Origin: Octopus vulgaris
Taxonomy: Eukaryota
Length of the DNA stretch: 64,000 bases
NCBI GenBank assembly: GCA_951406725.2
Contig: OX597825.1
Location: 51,708,001 to 51,772,000 of the forward strand
Reading direction: 5' to 3'
The notes under the pieces are model-generated. The model was not told where the DNA came from. It was given only the letters and a program-made list of their open reading frames with translations, and did no database searches. A program made the translations under genes and the position numbers. The first letter of the stretch is position 1. Each line of letters opens with the position of its first letter. Below are positions 14,094 to 27,574 of the stretch, piece after piece.

Positions 14094-14410
14094 ATGTATA
14101 TAGTTATACATTTATATATACACAGAGAAATTTTTCAGCTTTGCTTTTCTCCCGTTTTTCTTTTTTTCCATTTCAAACGAATAGCTTGGATAGAATAGAT
14201 TTTCACTCGAAAAATATATTCGGCTCGTGCTAGAGTTAGAAAGATACCTAGTGTTAGAAGGATACCTGTAGCCGAAGTAAAAGCATAAAACACATTTTTG
14301 GTGGGAACATAAAAGTGCCAATAAGGTTTTCTAACTTTTGCAAATGACACCACCTTTATAAGGGAGAGGCATAGTGGACTGATAATCTCCAATACGTTAC
14401 TCGTCCTACA

Positions 14411-14622
14411 AGGCACCGAGCTGGCAGAATCGTTACTACGCCGGGCAAAACACTTAGCTGCGTGTTGGCCATATTTACGCTCTGCGCTCAACGTTTGCTG
14501 GGGTCGACTTTATCTTTCACCCTTTTGGGATCGATAAAATAAGTGCCAGTAGAACATTAGAGTTGATGCAATCGACTTGCCTCTCCCCCGAAATTGCTGG
14601 CCAAGTGCCAACATTTGAAACC
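14411..14622 (+). mobile_element. tRNA-derived SINE family B
   Basis: AGGC..GAGCTGGCAGAATCGTTA..GGTCGACTTT..GATAAAATAAGT..GAAATTGCTGGCC..TTTGAAACC. Confidence 0.8.
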
Positions 14623-14980
14623 GAAGGAAGAAATGTTAAATGAGTCTCAGTAGGATTTGGACCTCGAATGTAAATATATTAGATTATGTCGCTGTACTAT
14701 TTATTTGTATCCACCAGATTCAAGAGTAAGATCTTTTAGATAGAGTTAGTCTCAGTAATGTTTGAATCAATGATTTTAAAACAATTGAGTTATGGCTTTC
14801 TAATTTCAATTCTAATTTCGGTCCCTTACTCCTAAAGTATAGAAAATGTTTCTTTCTTTTCTTTTTTATTTAGATATATTCATAAATAATGTTTGTGCGA
14901 ATCAAGAGAAGCAACTAGGTTCCAAATCAGCCATATCAGATTCCGAGGTAGATCGACAGACAAGGAAAAATATTCTTTTC

Positions 14981-15585
14981 TACTTTAAGCACGAGGCCCG
15001 AAATTTTGGTGGAGGGGGCCAGTCGATTAGGTCAAACCCAGTACGCAACTGCTACTTAATTTATCAATCCCGAAATGATGAAAGGCAAAGTCGACCTCGG
15101 CGGGATTTGAAATTAGAAATTAAAGGCAGACGAAATACCGCTAAGCATTCGCCCGGCATGCTAACGTTTCTTATTTCTTTACAGCCCACAAGGGGCCACA
15201 CGCAGAGGGGACAAAGAAGAACACACACACGGATTAAGTCGATTATATCGAACCCAGTGCGTAACTGGTACTTATATAATCGACCCCGAAAGGATGAAAG
15301 CAAAGTCGACCTCGGCGGAATTTGAACTCAGAACGTAGCGGCAGACGAAATACCTATTTCTTTACTACCCACGAGGGGCTAAACACATAGGGAACAAACA
15401 AGGACACACACACGGATTAAGCCGATTATATCGACCCCAGTGCGTAACTGGTACTTATATAATCGACCCCGAAAGGATGAAAGCAAAGTCGACCTCGGCG
15501 GAATATGAACTCAGAACGTAACGGCAGACGAAATCCGACTACGCATTTCGCCCGACGTGCTAACGTTTCTGCCAGCTCGCCGCCT
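14981..15585 (-). mobile_element. Three tandem or nested SINE family B units
   Basis: GATGAAAG(G)CAAAGTCGACCTCGGCGG occurs three times. Units span about 14981-15170, 15171-15353 and 15354-15585. Only the last has a complete head. Confidence 0.85.
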
Positions 15586-16130
15586 TAGACAAGGTGAAAT
15601 ATTACATATCTTTTGATTGATCCCGAAGAATGACTTGAAGCTGTGGTAATGACGGGCTTCTCGTGGTTAGCAAGATGCAGGTGATTAACATTCTGCTTGA
15701 GAAATGAAGAAAAAAATGTGCAGTAAGGAAAATCCAGATGGTGGACGCTCTTAAGATGAAGCTTGGATATAGTTCTTTGTATGTAACCTGAGTTTGTGAA
15801 ACAACATGCGTGGCAGTATGCGGAGTTTTGTGTAGGTCTGCACTGCCTAAATTGGCGTGAAACAACAGCAGGCAGCCCCAAGAGAGAGAAGCATCTCTAG
15901 TAACAGTAGAAATAGCAAAAAGAATGAAACAACGTGTCTGTTGATATTGTTATCATATGTGAGGTGTGAGGTGCTGAAATTGGTGCTGATATAATTAAGA
16001 GTTTAAGTATTCCTGCATTCAGTTGCACTGCGTCCATATATGATTGTTATCATATATGTCGATGTGAGGTGTGTTACTGAGCAGTCGATGTGAGGTGTGT
16101 TACTTTGTGATCAATATTGAATTGTGATTC

Positions 16131-16255
16131 TGCTGAGGTCAGTTTTACCTTTCATCCTTTCGAGGATAAATAAATACCACTTGAGGACTGGGGTCGATGT
16201 AACTGACTTACACCCTACCCCGAAACTGCTGGCCTTGAGTCAAGATTTGAACCCA
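16131..16255 (+). mobile_element. SINE family B, 3' half
   Basis: CTGAGGTC..CCTTTCATCCTTTCG..CTGGGGTCGATGTAA..GAAACTGCTGGCCTTG..TTTGAACCC. Confidence 0.7.
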
Positions 16256-17576
16256 GTATTGAATTGTGTTTCTTGTGTGAGGATTGGGAAGTAAAATTAG
16301 TATGTTTGCAACTGAGATATTTGTCAACACTGTTTTAATTCACTTTTACCTTAATGTTATTTCCTAAATGGAAGATTGTTTTATTGTAAAAGAAACACCA
16401 GAGTATTTCTTTCACTTGCAGCATCTCCTTCATTATATTCTACGAGAGAATCCCATGTACAGAAACCATATAGTAGCAACTTATGAGGTCGAAAGTGTTT
16501 TCAGGTATTTGAATAAACTAAAACATTAATAGCATTCCATTTGCAGTTTTCGAAATATCGAATTCCTCAAGTGATATCACATTACTCTGAAGGTTACAAA
16601 AATGAGAGATAATTAAGCTAACTTAGATAGTTCTCTCAAGGAAAATCTTAATGACTTGCATTTTAAAAATGCTTAGAAAAACTTACACACACACACACAT
16701 GCATACACATACACGCACACACAAACAGATATCAATATATGCATATACATGTACATGTGTTTGTGTGCATGCATATATATGTGTGTATGTGTGCGCGCAT
16801 GCGTGTGTGTATTGAACTTAATATAAAAACAACAATTTGTAACACGATGAAACACCTCTATAAACTGCCGGGTTAACCAACATTCTTGCCCAAGTGTCTT
16901 GGACTTGTTAGAAAATATACTAAATATTTGCAAGAGGAATATTAATGGCAAATGTTTATTAGATAGTGAAGAAACGTTATTTTAGAAAACCGGTGACCGT
17001 TGCAATGTTTGTTTATCGAACATAATGGAGTGAGCTTCATGATCACTTATACACGTGTAGTGATGGCATCATTCTTAGAATCGAAGCAAGCAATAAAATC
17101 AACAAATTGGTGCTGATATAATTAGGAGTTTAAGTATTCCTGCATTCAGTTGCACTGCGTCCAATCTTGAGCACATTTTCTCCCATAGCCTCGGTTTTAC
17201 AAACGCTTTGTAAGTGATGCGGTAGGCGGAATTGTGCTGAAGTATGTTGGATGTTAATTTCCTATTCTTGGGTGGTAGACTTATTCCACATTTCGATTTA
17301 ACAACAGTATATGGAATTTTAACATTTCCTTGCAAATGTTTAGGCTATATTTTCGGTCTGAAGGTAACTTTCTCCATTTGGAATCTTAAGAAAGAGCTAC
17401 ATGCGTCTTCTTTCTTTCGCTAACGGACGTAAAAAAATTAGAATCTGAGACACCGTGGGCTGCTGGAATGCTATTTCCAATTCCATGATATATCAGATCC
17501 CAGAGAATTCAACAAGACATGTAAACATGTGTGTATTCTTCAAAAATTAGAGAAGGGTGGCGATTAAAACCTTGCA

Positions 17577-18058
17577 AATAAAATTAGAGGCCTTCACCAT
17601 ATATTGACTACAGAAAATTGTCTAATATTAGGGCATATTGGAGCCCCCGTAGCGGAAAAAATGGGCATTCGTACGTGTGGGAATCGAAACCATTCATACT
17701 AAAATCCATTTATTCGTTACGGGTCTAATATGCCCTAATATTTGTCTATTTTCTATAGTCAATATACGGTGAAAGCTTATAATTTTATTTTACTCGACAC
17801 TGTTTTATAATTGAAGCAGAATCCTCACATGTTTACATATTTACCGCTATGAAATCATAGTTCCTAAATCTAACGGGAAAAAAAAGGGTGGGTATATTGA
17901 TGTAATCAGTTAGCACACTTATGGCGAAAATGAAAAGTGAAAGTTCGATTCCCACGTGTATTAATGCATCCTTCTTTTCCGTTACTGGGGCTCATATGTC
18001 TTAATATTAGACTATTTTCTATAGTCAAATACATGGTGAAGGCTCATAAATTCTATTT
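17577..18058. mobile_element. MITE / fold-back-like element with ~115 bp inverted arms and an extra internal arm copy
   Basis: 17577-17692 (GCCTTCACCAT.TATTGACTA.AGAAAAT.GTCTAATATTA..GTGGGAATCGAA) is inverted at 17942-18058 and partly again at 17715-17790. Confidence 0.65.
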
Positions 18059-18659
18059 AGCATCTGTTATTTTATGAATGCCAACAAAAAATTAATGTAG
18101 ATATATCTTTGTCTAACTCCTTTCTCTTACATCCTCCCTCTCTCTTCTTTTACGTGTATATATATATTTAAATATTTATATACATATAACACACACATAT
18201 ATATATATGTGTGTGTGTGTGTGTGTAGATACATCTGACCTTTAACATCTCGTACAATAGAAATGCACGTTCGCTCACAATAATACAATGATAAGATGAA
18301 TCCAAATCTCGATATAAAAGACAATGATTGCTGCCCTTAATAAATAAACGATAGTTTGTTTTTTTTTACACTTGCAGGCAGTCTTTACCAAGTAGAGTCT
18401 ATTCCAAATTATTATATATTCCTTAACAATAACATTTATAGAATAGAAACACAATGTGTTGTGTCAAGTTTTTTAGGACGTGGTCGGGGAAAACTTGTAC
18501 GATATTATTTTATGTGTTGTGGTACCTTATAATTGGATATCAATGAAAGTTATCACATGACTTTAAGGCTGAGAAAATAAGATTGTTCGTTATCAGCTGC
18601 TACATTAAATGGTTTAGTGTCAAAATCCGTTTTAATAACATCAAGACCAGCGGTTATGT

Positions 18660-19450
18660 CTTTTATGGCGGAGTTGATGGGGGATGTTGGCGCTGTTAGT
18701 GGTGGTAGATGAGATTGACACTAATTTAGTACTTGGTAGCCATGATGGTGATGGTCATGGTTTTGCCTACGATGATGAGTGTGGTGGTGTTGGGGACAGC
18801 TTATGTTAGATGCACGGTATTCATTTAAAGTAGTAATGCTGGTCATTGTGTTCTTGTATGTATAGAGTGGATGTGGTGGAAGTAGTAGACACGGTGCTGG
18901 TGTTGGTGATGGGGACAGTTGAGATGATTATGTACAGGTGGTGGTTGTGTGCTAGTGATGTTTGTAGTAGTGGTAACATGGTGGTAAATGTGTTGAATGA
19001 TGTGATAGTCTGGTGGTGGTTGTAATAGTAATGGGCGTGGTATTGTTGCTGCGATATAGTGGTTGTGACTGCGGTAGGATTTGCAATAGGGTTGGTAGTT
19101 GTGCTTGATGGTTCTGGTTGCGACTGTGTTGATGGCAGAAGTATTTGATATGGTTGCGGCGGTGAGTGTTGTAAAAGTGTTGGTAGTGGTTGTGGAGGTA
19201 TTAATGATGGGGAGAGGGGTCATGGGGATTTTCTTCGTTACCGTATAATTAAAATTGTGTTCATGATGATGATGATGATGGTCTAGGTCTTAATGGTATT
19301 GGCAAAGTGTTGTTTGATGCCTATATGTTATGCTTGAGACTACAATGTTTGTGGTAATGTTGATGTTGGGAGTGGTGGTGTCGGTGGTTTTGGTGATGGT
19401 AGACCGGTTGCTCTTGTTATTGTTGTTGCTAGTGGTAGTGGTGGTAGGTA
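18660..19450. repeat. Degenerate GGT/GAT/GTT-rich low-complexity tract (similar tracts at 9500-9880 and 12285-12620)
   Basis: Strongly strand-biased, decayed trinucleotide repeats. Confidence 0.75.
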
Positions 19451-19473
19451 ACCACGGACACTTTATGAATAAT

Positions 19474-19685
19474 GGTTTCAAATTTTGGCACAAGGCCAGC
19501 AATTTCTGGGGAAGAGTTAAGTGGATTACATCGTACCCAGTGCTCAGTTGGTACTAATTTTATCGACCCAAAAGGGTGAAAAGCAAAGCAGACCTCGCCG
19601 GAAATCGAACTCAGTGCGTAAAGACAGACAAAAAGCCGCTAACCATTTTGCCAGGTGTGCTAACAATTCTGCCAGCTTACCGCCT
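19474..19685 (-). mobile_element. tRNA-derived SINE family B
   Basis: GGTTTCAAATTTTGGCACAAGGCCAGCAATT..TCGAACTCAG..TTCTGCCAGCTTACCGCCT. Confidence 0.85.
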
Positions 19686-22467
19686 TAAGAAACTTTATAA
19701 ATATTGTGTGAAAACCAATAAATATATTCACTAACAAACTGTACCTCCTGCAACAGTGAAGTCTTCTATGTTATTAGTTGTATTAATTCAATTATCTTCT
19801 TCGATAACGACCAGTATTAAAGGATATTACAGGACATCCAGAAGGGACTAGAAGAGATAATTGTTGTGTTACACAGTAACGTGTTAACAATATAACTACA
19901 TTGAAATAAAGATCGTGCCGCGCCACCTCCACCCTTGTTTGACGACTCGAGTGGTAGAAGCCATTTCCCTAAACAGTTTAGATGAGATTGTCGGTGGACA
20001 AAAGACATTAAACTCAACACTTAATTGTCAGAGATCTCAGACATTTACTTTTCTTTCTACCTTCGTACAGAAACATGATTACTGGGTGGCTAGGTAGAAT
20101 GTTGAGAATGCTTACGTTGGAAGATAGATGGATGGATGAGTGGTTTCTTTGTAAGATTACAAACTTACTAAACTGCTGATTAACCGGTTGGTTACCTAAT
20201 CGTAAAAGTAAATGGTCTGATACATCGATGGATGGATGGAGGGATGGAGGGATGGATGAATAGGTGAATGGGTAGATGGGTGGAGAAACGTTAGGATGCA
20301 CAAGACCTAGAATACATACTAACTCGACCAACCAAGATCATCAGCCCAGTCGCTCCCAAATAGCAAATATATTGTTTTCAAAAGCAGACTCATAGCAGTA
20401 TATAGCCATAATTACACTTTATTTATGAAAAATACTGACTAGTAACAAATGCAGTGTATCTGATCATAGATCTACCGTATCAGTACTCGCCTAGGATTAA
20501 ATAGTATTTCTATGTAGACGGTATTCAACAACATAAAGGAAAAGTAAAGCATACCGAAAGATTTCAAGCGAAAGAAGGAACACATGAGATATTTCCGGTA
20601 TAGAAGGGGACATAATTAGAAGGGAAAGATTATGTTGGTGCTGACAGAAATACAAATAATGGAGATATACATACACACATACATACATACATACATGCAT
20701 ACATATATATATATATATGCATGCATACATACATACATAAATACATACATATATACGTACATACGTTCATACATATTGTTTGCTCCATCTTCTCACACGA
20801 TTGCTGCCTCCTTGAGCTTCCTCTTTGTCATTGGCATACTTGGTGTTTCGTCCACAACCTCTCAGATGATTATTCAGCCCTGCTGCTTTGTAACTGTGCA
20901 CTTCCATATGGATAGGGCTGTGCATGTCACCACTCTTCCATCGCCATGCGACTTTTGGTACAGGGAATGACAAATGAGGTATCTATACGTCATTAGATTA
21001 TTGCCATAAGCGCTTGTAGAACACGAGTATCACTCTCTGAATCTCCGTCATTAGTATCTAGTGAGAGGATGAACTGAAGTGACAACTAATCCCATGGTAC
21101 TTCGTGACAGGCCGAACCGAGATGACAAGTAATCATGTGAAACCGCAAGTTTTACATCGGGATATCCCTTGCCTAGAAAGATGTGACAGCAGCTGGGTGA
21201 TAGCTCACACCTGCTGGTTTTTATTTACATGCTAATTAACACATAATTGGGGTTCTAGCAAGTGCTTCTACGCCCGGTCAGGATAGACCAGGGAAGGGTA
21301 CTCGCTCAGATGTGGTTGCATACATCTCAGAAATCTGGAAATTCTTGACATTTTGAAGCGATCAGGGTTTTATTAGAGGCAGGATAAAGTGGGTGAAGGT
21401 ACAGGTGAAGGTTTTCTGTGACTCAGAAATTGTTCCAAGTTATATATAAAATCCATACTGCGTGAAACAAGAAAAAAAAAACATTGGACGGAAACATTCA
21501 AATTTCTCTATTGAATTAAGTTCTGAGGCTTATGGTTCATTGAAAATATTTTTACCAGTTTCGATGCAGATATGAATAGATTTAATAACGCCTAGACTAG
21601 TTTAGTATTATGGTGCAGGAGAGAGGCTTTAAAGAAAACAAGACAGTAGAGTAGCTAGCAAATGGGAAATAAGTTATATTAAATGTGTACATGTGTAGGT
21701 GTAGTGATTCAACTGATATTGTGGGTTCACTGATACACGGATGAACATGACAATATCAGTAATCCATTGGAAAAAGTTTCTGGAACGGATAGGTTTTGAA
21801 TCTAAAATGCGAGTCTTCACTACATACAGAGTTAATAAAACATTGAAGTGTATTAATACGGGACTGTAGCTTGGTAGCTACTGTATTCCGTTGTTCGAAA
21901 TCAATGGAGGAAATTCGGTATTTTAAGATAACAAAATTAAGAAAATATTATAGGGGAGAAAGATGTCACAACTATGTGGTATGATTGAAATTATTGGGAA
22001 ATATCAGTGTAATATCAGTATAAATATCAGTATGATATCAGTATAGATGTCATAATGTAATATAGAGATATCTATGTAAACCAGTGTCAGAGATACTGTG
22101 TAAATCACTTGTACCCAATCTTCAGTTTAGTAATATCGATAGGAAGAATAAAGTGATTATAAATAGTCGAACAGACAAGCATCTCGAGCCCTAACATTTA
22201 CTTGTCAAACAAAAATTATTACCGTGACGTTAGTGATAAAAATATAAAAATTGGTATATGTTAGTGTGTTATGTCTGTGTTTATACATATATACACATGC
22301 ACACAGACATACAGACACACACACACAAACACACATATATATATATTAAAAACATACATACAAAGATGAATATATATATATATAAATATATATATATACA
22401 TCTGTACACGCGTCTATCTATATGTATATATATATATATATGTATATATTTATATATATATATATAA

Positions 22468-22502
<35 letters not shown>

Positions 22503-22975
22503 CATACGTATGTTTGTCTGTATGAATGTTTATATACAAACACACACACACATACATACTATTTCATAAGGAATGTGCCAGTTAAACTTCTTCGCACACA
22601 CTGAAGTATATAAACGCGAAAGATTTAGAACAAGGAAAGAAAGTTTGATTACCCAAACAGCCACATTCTTCGCTTTCAGTGATCACATAAGCGCATTGTG
22701 TCTATCTGATTCAAGAGTTCGTATAAAATAATTTATAGAAGCTTTTAGGATGCTAGTATGTGAAGAAGTTACAAACATTACGATATGAGTATGTGAGTAT
22801 ATATATTCGTACATATACACATGCATGTATACATGTATACATAGATATATCTGAAAATGGGGAAAAAACCTCGTATAGCAGCGATTAGCACTTACACACT
22901 CACACATAAAGATACATATACATATATACACGCCTACAGGCATATATATATATACATACACACACATACATACAT

Positions 22976-23083
<108 letters not shown>

Positions 23084-23105
23084 GTGTGTGTGTGTATATA
23101 TATAC

Positions 23106-23363
23106 AAATATAAGAGAAATTACCACTAAAGTGGATTCCTAATATACTAAAATCAGACGTCAAATCACCTTACCACAAAGAGTGTGATCTCAAGAAAATT
23201 TCAGCGACCGTTTTTAGCATATTAGAAATCCACTTTGGTGGTCATTCCTCTTATATTTATATGTAATATCATTTTTAATCTTCGGATTTTTAAAATATGC
23301 TAACCCACTGGTTTAAATCGATGTTAATTGTTTAATATCAATTTCTACCCTCATTATTTATTA

Positions 23364-23365
<2 letters not shown>
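23106..23365. mobile_element. Short cassette with a 47 bp inverted repeat, inserted in (TA)n
   Basis: 23106-23152 matches the reverse complement of 23212-23258 at 42/47. Flanked by (TA)n on both sides. Confidence 0.6.
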
Positions 23366-23424
<59 letters not shown>

Positions 23425-23607
23425 AGGTCCCGGGTTGATTCGGGGTTATCCACAGTAAATAAGGTACTCAATACATAGCAGAGTAAAATTAATTTATTAT
23501 ATAGAAGGAGCTTCTACAGGACTAGAACTGTTTCATTCAAGAGAAATCTTCAGGAAGATTTCTCTTGAATGAAACAGTTCTAGTCTTGTAGAAGCTCCTT
23601 CTATATA

Positions 23608-23613
<6 letters not shown>
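23425..23613. mobile_element. Short (TA)n-embedded element ending in a 60 bp near-perfect palindrome that contains an HHR core
   Basis: Arms 23492-23551 and 23554-23613 match at 59/60 with a 2 nt spacer. A sibling copy lies at 30256-30375. Confidence 0.8.
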
Positions 23614-23654
<41 letters not shown>

Positions 23655-23836
23655 CAAGTACTTAAATCCCTCGAAGGGATGTTAAATATCCAAGTCCGCC
23701 GGTTCAATCCAAAGCAAGGAACATATAAAAATTTATATATTCAATATTGCTACAATAAATAATGTATGATGAGGAAAGGAAAAATAGATGTGAAGACGTT
23801 ACTTTGTTCCAAGTTGGTAGATGTATATAATAAGGC

Positions 23837-23925
23837 CTCTACAAGCTGTTTCCAACTCTAATTAATTCAAAACAAAACGAAATATCATACTTTTGACATC
23901 ACAAGTTAGGCTTTTCCTCAGGAAT
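23837..23925 (-). ncRNA. Type I hammerhead ribozyme-like motif with long, degenerate stem II
   Basis: Minus strand: TTC CTGAGGA AAAGCCTAA...TTAGAGTTG GAAAC AGCTT GTA GAG. Confidence 0.5.
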
Positions 23926-23994
23926 TTATAACTGGAATGAATGAGTTCTACCAACAAAATTATAGACATTTACAATACCCCAGAAGAGCATAAA

Positions 23995-24073
<79 letters not shown>

Positions 24074-24426
24074 TGTATGTATGTATGTATGTATGTATGT
24101 ATGTATGTATACATGTATGTGTGTGAATGTGTGTGTATGTGAGTGTGTCTTTCTTTCACACTGTCATGTACTCTTTGAAGGCTTTCCAATCATATCTATC
24201 TCATTTTCTCTTCAAACATAGAACTAATAACTTCTGTCATCGTTTACCATGGATTTTTCTTGATAATTCATCATCTAGCGGATATTATCTTTTATTAAGG
24301 ACTTCCTTAATTCTTCAATCATGGAACTACCAACCAGTATTACCTTTTCAAACTGGACACTCCTTAGTTCTTCAATGAAATGGTAACTACTAATATTCTT
24401 GATTAAGGATATTCTTTATATGTATG

Positions 24427-24459
<33 letters not shown>

Positions 24460-24704
24460 GGCGTTAGTTTATGTGGAAATATTTACTCATTAACATATGT
24501 TTCACATTCTTAGCTATTCTAGAAACATTTTTATTATTCCCTTCCACACGAAGATTACTATATTCACTTGTCCATTGTGACTTGGTACCGATGACGGTGG
24601 TGTCACTCATTGTCCTCATTGCCTTCCGTTTATTATGCTTCTTTCTTCTTCTTCTTCTTCTTCTTCTTCTTCTTCTTCTTCTTCTTCTTCTTCTTCTTCT
24701 TCTT

Positions 24705-24735
<31 letters not shown>

Positions 24736-26539
24736 TTCCTTTTCTTCTGCTGCTGCTACTTCATCTTTTAACCATACATTTATCATATACGGTGCTGACA
24801 TTGCTTTTGCTCCAGTCCTCTTTTCACAATTTCTTTTGATTTCTATCTTTACTATCTACTCTTTTTGTTTCCTCCTAATATTTTCAAGACACAATCTGGC
24901 AGTTACACAGTATAAGAGCGCTCTTTTGATCCAGGTTAGAAGAAGTGCTGCTCTGATGTTTAAATCCGCTAGTATTACGTAAATTTTCACTTGGAATTAT
25001 TGTGTGGACTGGTGTCGTCAGCAGTGTTGGTACAGAAACAACTGTAACTGACCATTAAAGATGTGATAAATCTTTCTAAGCACACACACACACACGCACA
25101 TACACACACATGTATTGCTTAGGTGATCGTAATAATCTAGTCCTTGTACTAGAGCTCAATATACATATGTGATTCCATATAAAGCGTTTGTTGAAATTAA
25201 ATACATGACAAGGAACAAAAAATTATGGAATCAACTTCATTAGCATACGTCTCTTTCTGCTATAAGATGCAGTGCACTCAGAGCTGAGTCCTTGTGCTTC
25301 ACTTTATAGGGTCCTTGAGGTTTCAAAGAGGGAGTTCAAGTGTTTTGGGGAAACCTTTGTAATTTAATTCCACACACACACACACACACACACACGCAAA
25401 CACACACACACACAGGTGTGTTTATGTGCATTATGAAAAGATTTAGGTTTGTATGTTACTATATGTATAGTAAGTATTTGTGCTCCATTGTAGACGAAGG
25501 AAAACCAGACGACATCATTAGCCAGTACTATTGTTCTTGTTGTTGTTGTGCTTAACAACCATCGTCTGTTTTCTTTGATTCTACTAAAACGTTTTAATTT
25601 TCATATTTCTTGGTTTAATGTTGATGTTGAGATTCTTGTGTGCGATAGAAAGTAGAGGTGTGTCTGTACATGCGCGTATACGTATATACGAATATGTATG
25701 CAAGTTGTTGTTTGTCACCTTTTATTCCAGCAACCTATTCCCCAACAACAACTATCACCCGAACAAACACTGAAATTTGAATATGTTGTATTTAATAACA
25801 GCTTAAACAACACTCATATGATTTCCCAATAAGAAATACACGCACACATACACAAATATATAAAAATACACGCACACACGTATACCTATACATACCGTCA
25901 TACACACAAACAAACATAGTCATCCACCGAAATACACTTTAATATAATCAGACATACACACAAACGTTCACGTAAACATGGCCATAAAATGACGCATGAA
26001 TATACACATATGTATTCATATATTATACACAGATAGATCCACATATACATCAATACTTATGCATATTTTTAAAAAATAAGCATAAAAAGTCAAAAACAAA
26101 ATAATGTAAACCATTCGAGAATATTTTTTATTGTGCAACTGAATGCTTTTCAGTTTTCCGCCATTTTCATTTTCAGATTTATACGTATGAGGCCGATTGT
26201 GTGTAGGTGTAAGTGTACATGTGTGTATTTGGGGGGATAAACGTTTGTAAACATGCTCTTGGTGTACGCGTATATATCAAGATCATTGTGTTTATATATT
26301 CACACACACAAACACACACACATATGTATGTACGTGTGTGTGTTTCTATGTGTGTATATGTGTGTGCCTATATACATATATGCATAAATACGTAAGTACA
26401 TTTATATATATGTACGCCTATATATGAATACACCTAAATATACTATATATATTGTGCAGGCGCTTAAATAGAAACTTATATTTATGGTTTTTGACATATA
26501 CATATATATACATATATACATACACACGTATGTGTGTGT

Positions 26540-26595
<56 letters not shown>

Positions 26596-26622
26596 CACAT
26601 ATATAAATATATATATAGATAT

Positions 26623-26681
<59 letters not shown>

Positions 26682-27314
26682 GATAGATACATAGATAGAT
26701 AGATGGATAGATATATATGCATAAACCATAAGACCATACATATATTTTTCTATACAAGTGCACGCACAAAATATATACTATATTTATGTGTATTCGTATA
26801 TATGGAACCGAATATGTGTATGTGTGTTTACATATTAGGTGAAGGCGGGGTGGAGTCCAGTCCAGCGAGACATAACCGGAAACCTAATGGAAAGAGCACC
26901 AAATAACAACCACAACAAACAAAAATTACAAAATCAGAAAATTTAACAGTGAAGATGAGATACAATAAATGAATACTTTATTCAATAGATAACAATTGTT
27001 ATATTTACCAACACAGATGTTTCATAAATTTATCTAATGCCATATTATTTCTTTCCTCATTCATTTTCTTTTGTCTTATTATTATTATCACGATCATCAT
27101 AATCATCATCGTCAGCATCATCATAATCATGATAATCATCATGATAATAATCATCATCGTCATAATCATCATCACCATCATCATCATCGTGGTCGTCGTC
27201 GTCGACGTTGTTGGTTTTGTTTTTCTAATTTGCTTCTTCCACAGTGATGCTCTAATACCATATATATTCATATATACGTACTTGTATACATTTTAATAAA
27301 TATACATACATTTG

Positions 27315-27470
27315 TGAATGTGTGGTAAGAACTTTGTTTCGCAACCACATGCTTCCCAGTTCGGTCCAACGGCGTGACACCTTCATCAGCTGTCTTCTAC
27401 TATAACCTCGGTTCGCCCAAAGCCTTGTGAATGGATTTAGCAGACTGGTACTGACAGAAGATCGTTGTAT
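27315..27470 (+). mobile_element. SINE family A, degenerate 5' half
   Basis: TGTGGTAAG..CAACCACATG..GTTCGGTCC..CCAAAGCCTTGTGAATGGATTT. Confidence 0.65.
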
Positions 27471-27574
27471 GTATATACATATGTATGTATATATATACAT
27501 ATATATATATAAATGTATATGTATATATATATGTATATATATATATATACATACACACACACGCACATATATAT

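Noticed and set aside
14981-15585. Repeat-spacer appearance suggesting CRISPR
   Set aside because: The units are ~183 bp SINE copies in a eukaryotic context. There are no unique spacers and no cas genes.
15585-15900. Minus-strand ORFs, possibly a transposase fragment
   Set aside because: No catalytic or TIR motif was recognisable.
20770-21360. GC-richer island, possibly RTE-type LINE remnants (similar hint at 24130-24370)
   Set aside because: No clear conserved motif was recovered.
21551-21562. Lone HHR half motifs (GAAACTGGTA on minus here; CTGAAGA at ~1900 and ~5860)
   Set aside because: Short half motifs are expected by chance in 64 kb and have no supporting stems.
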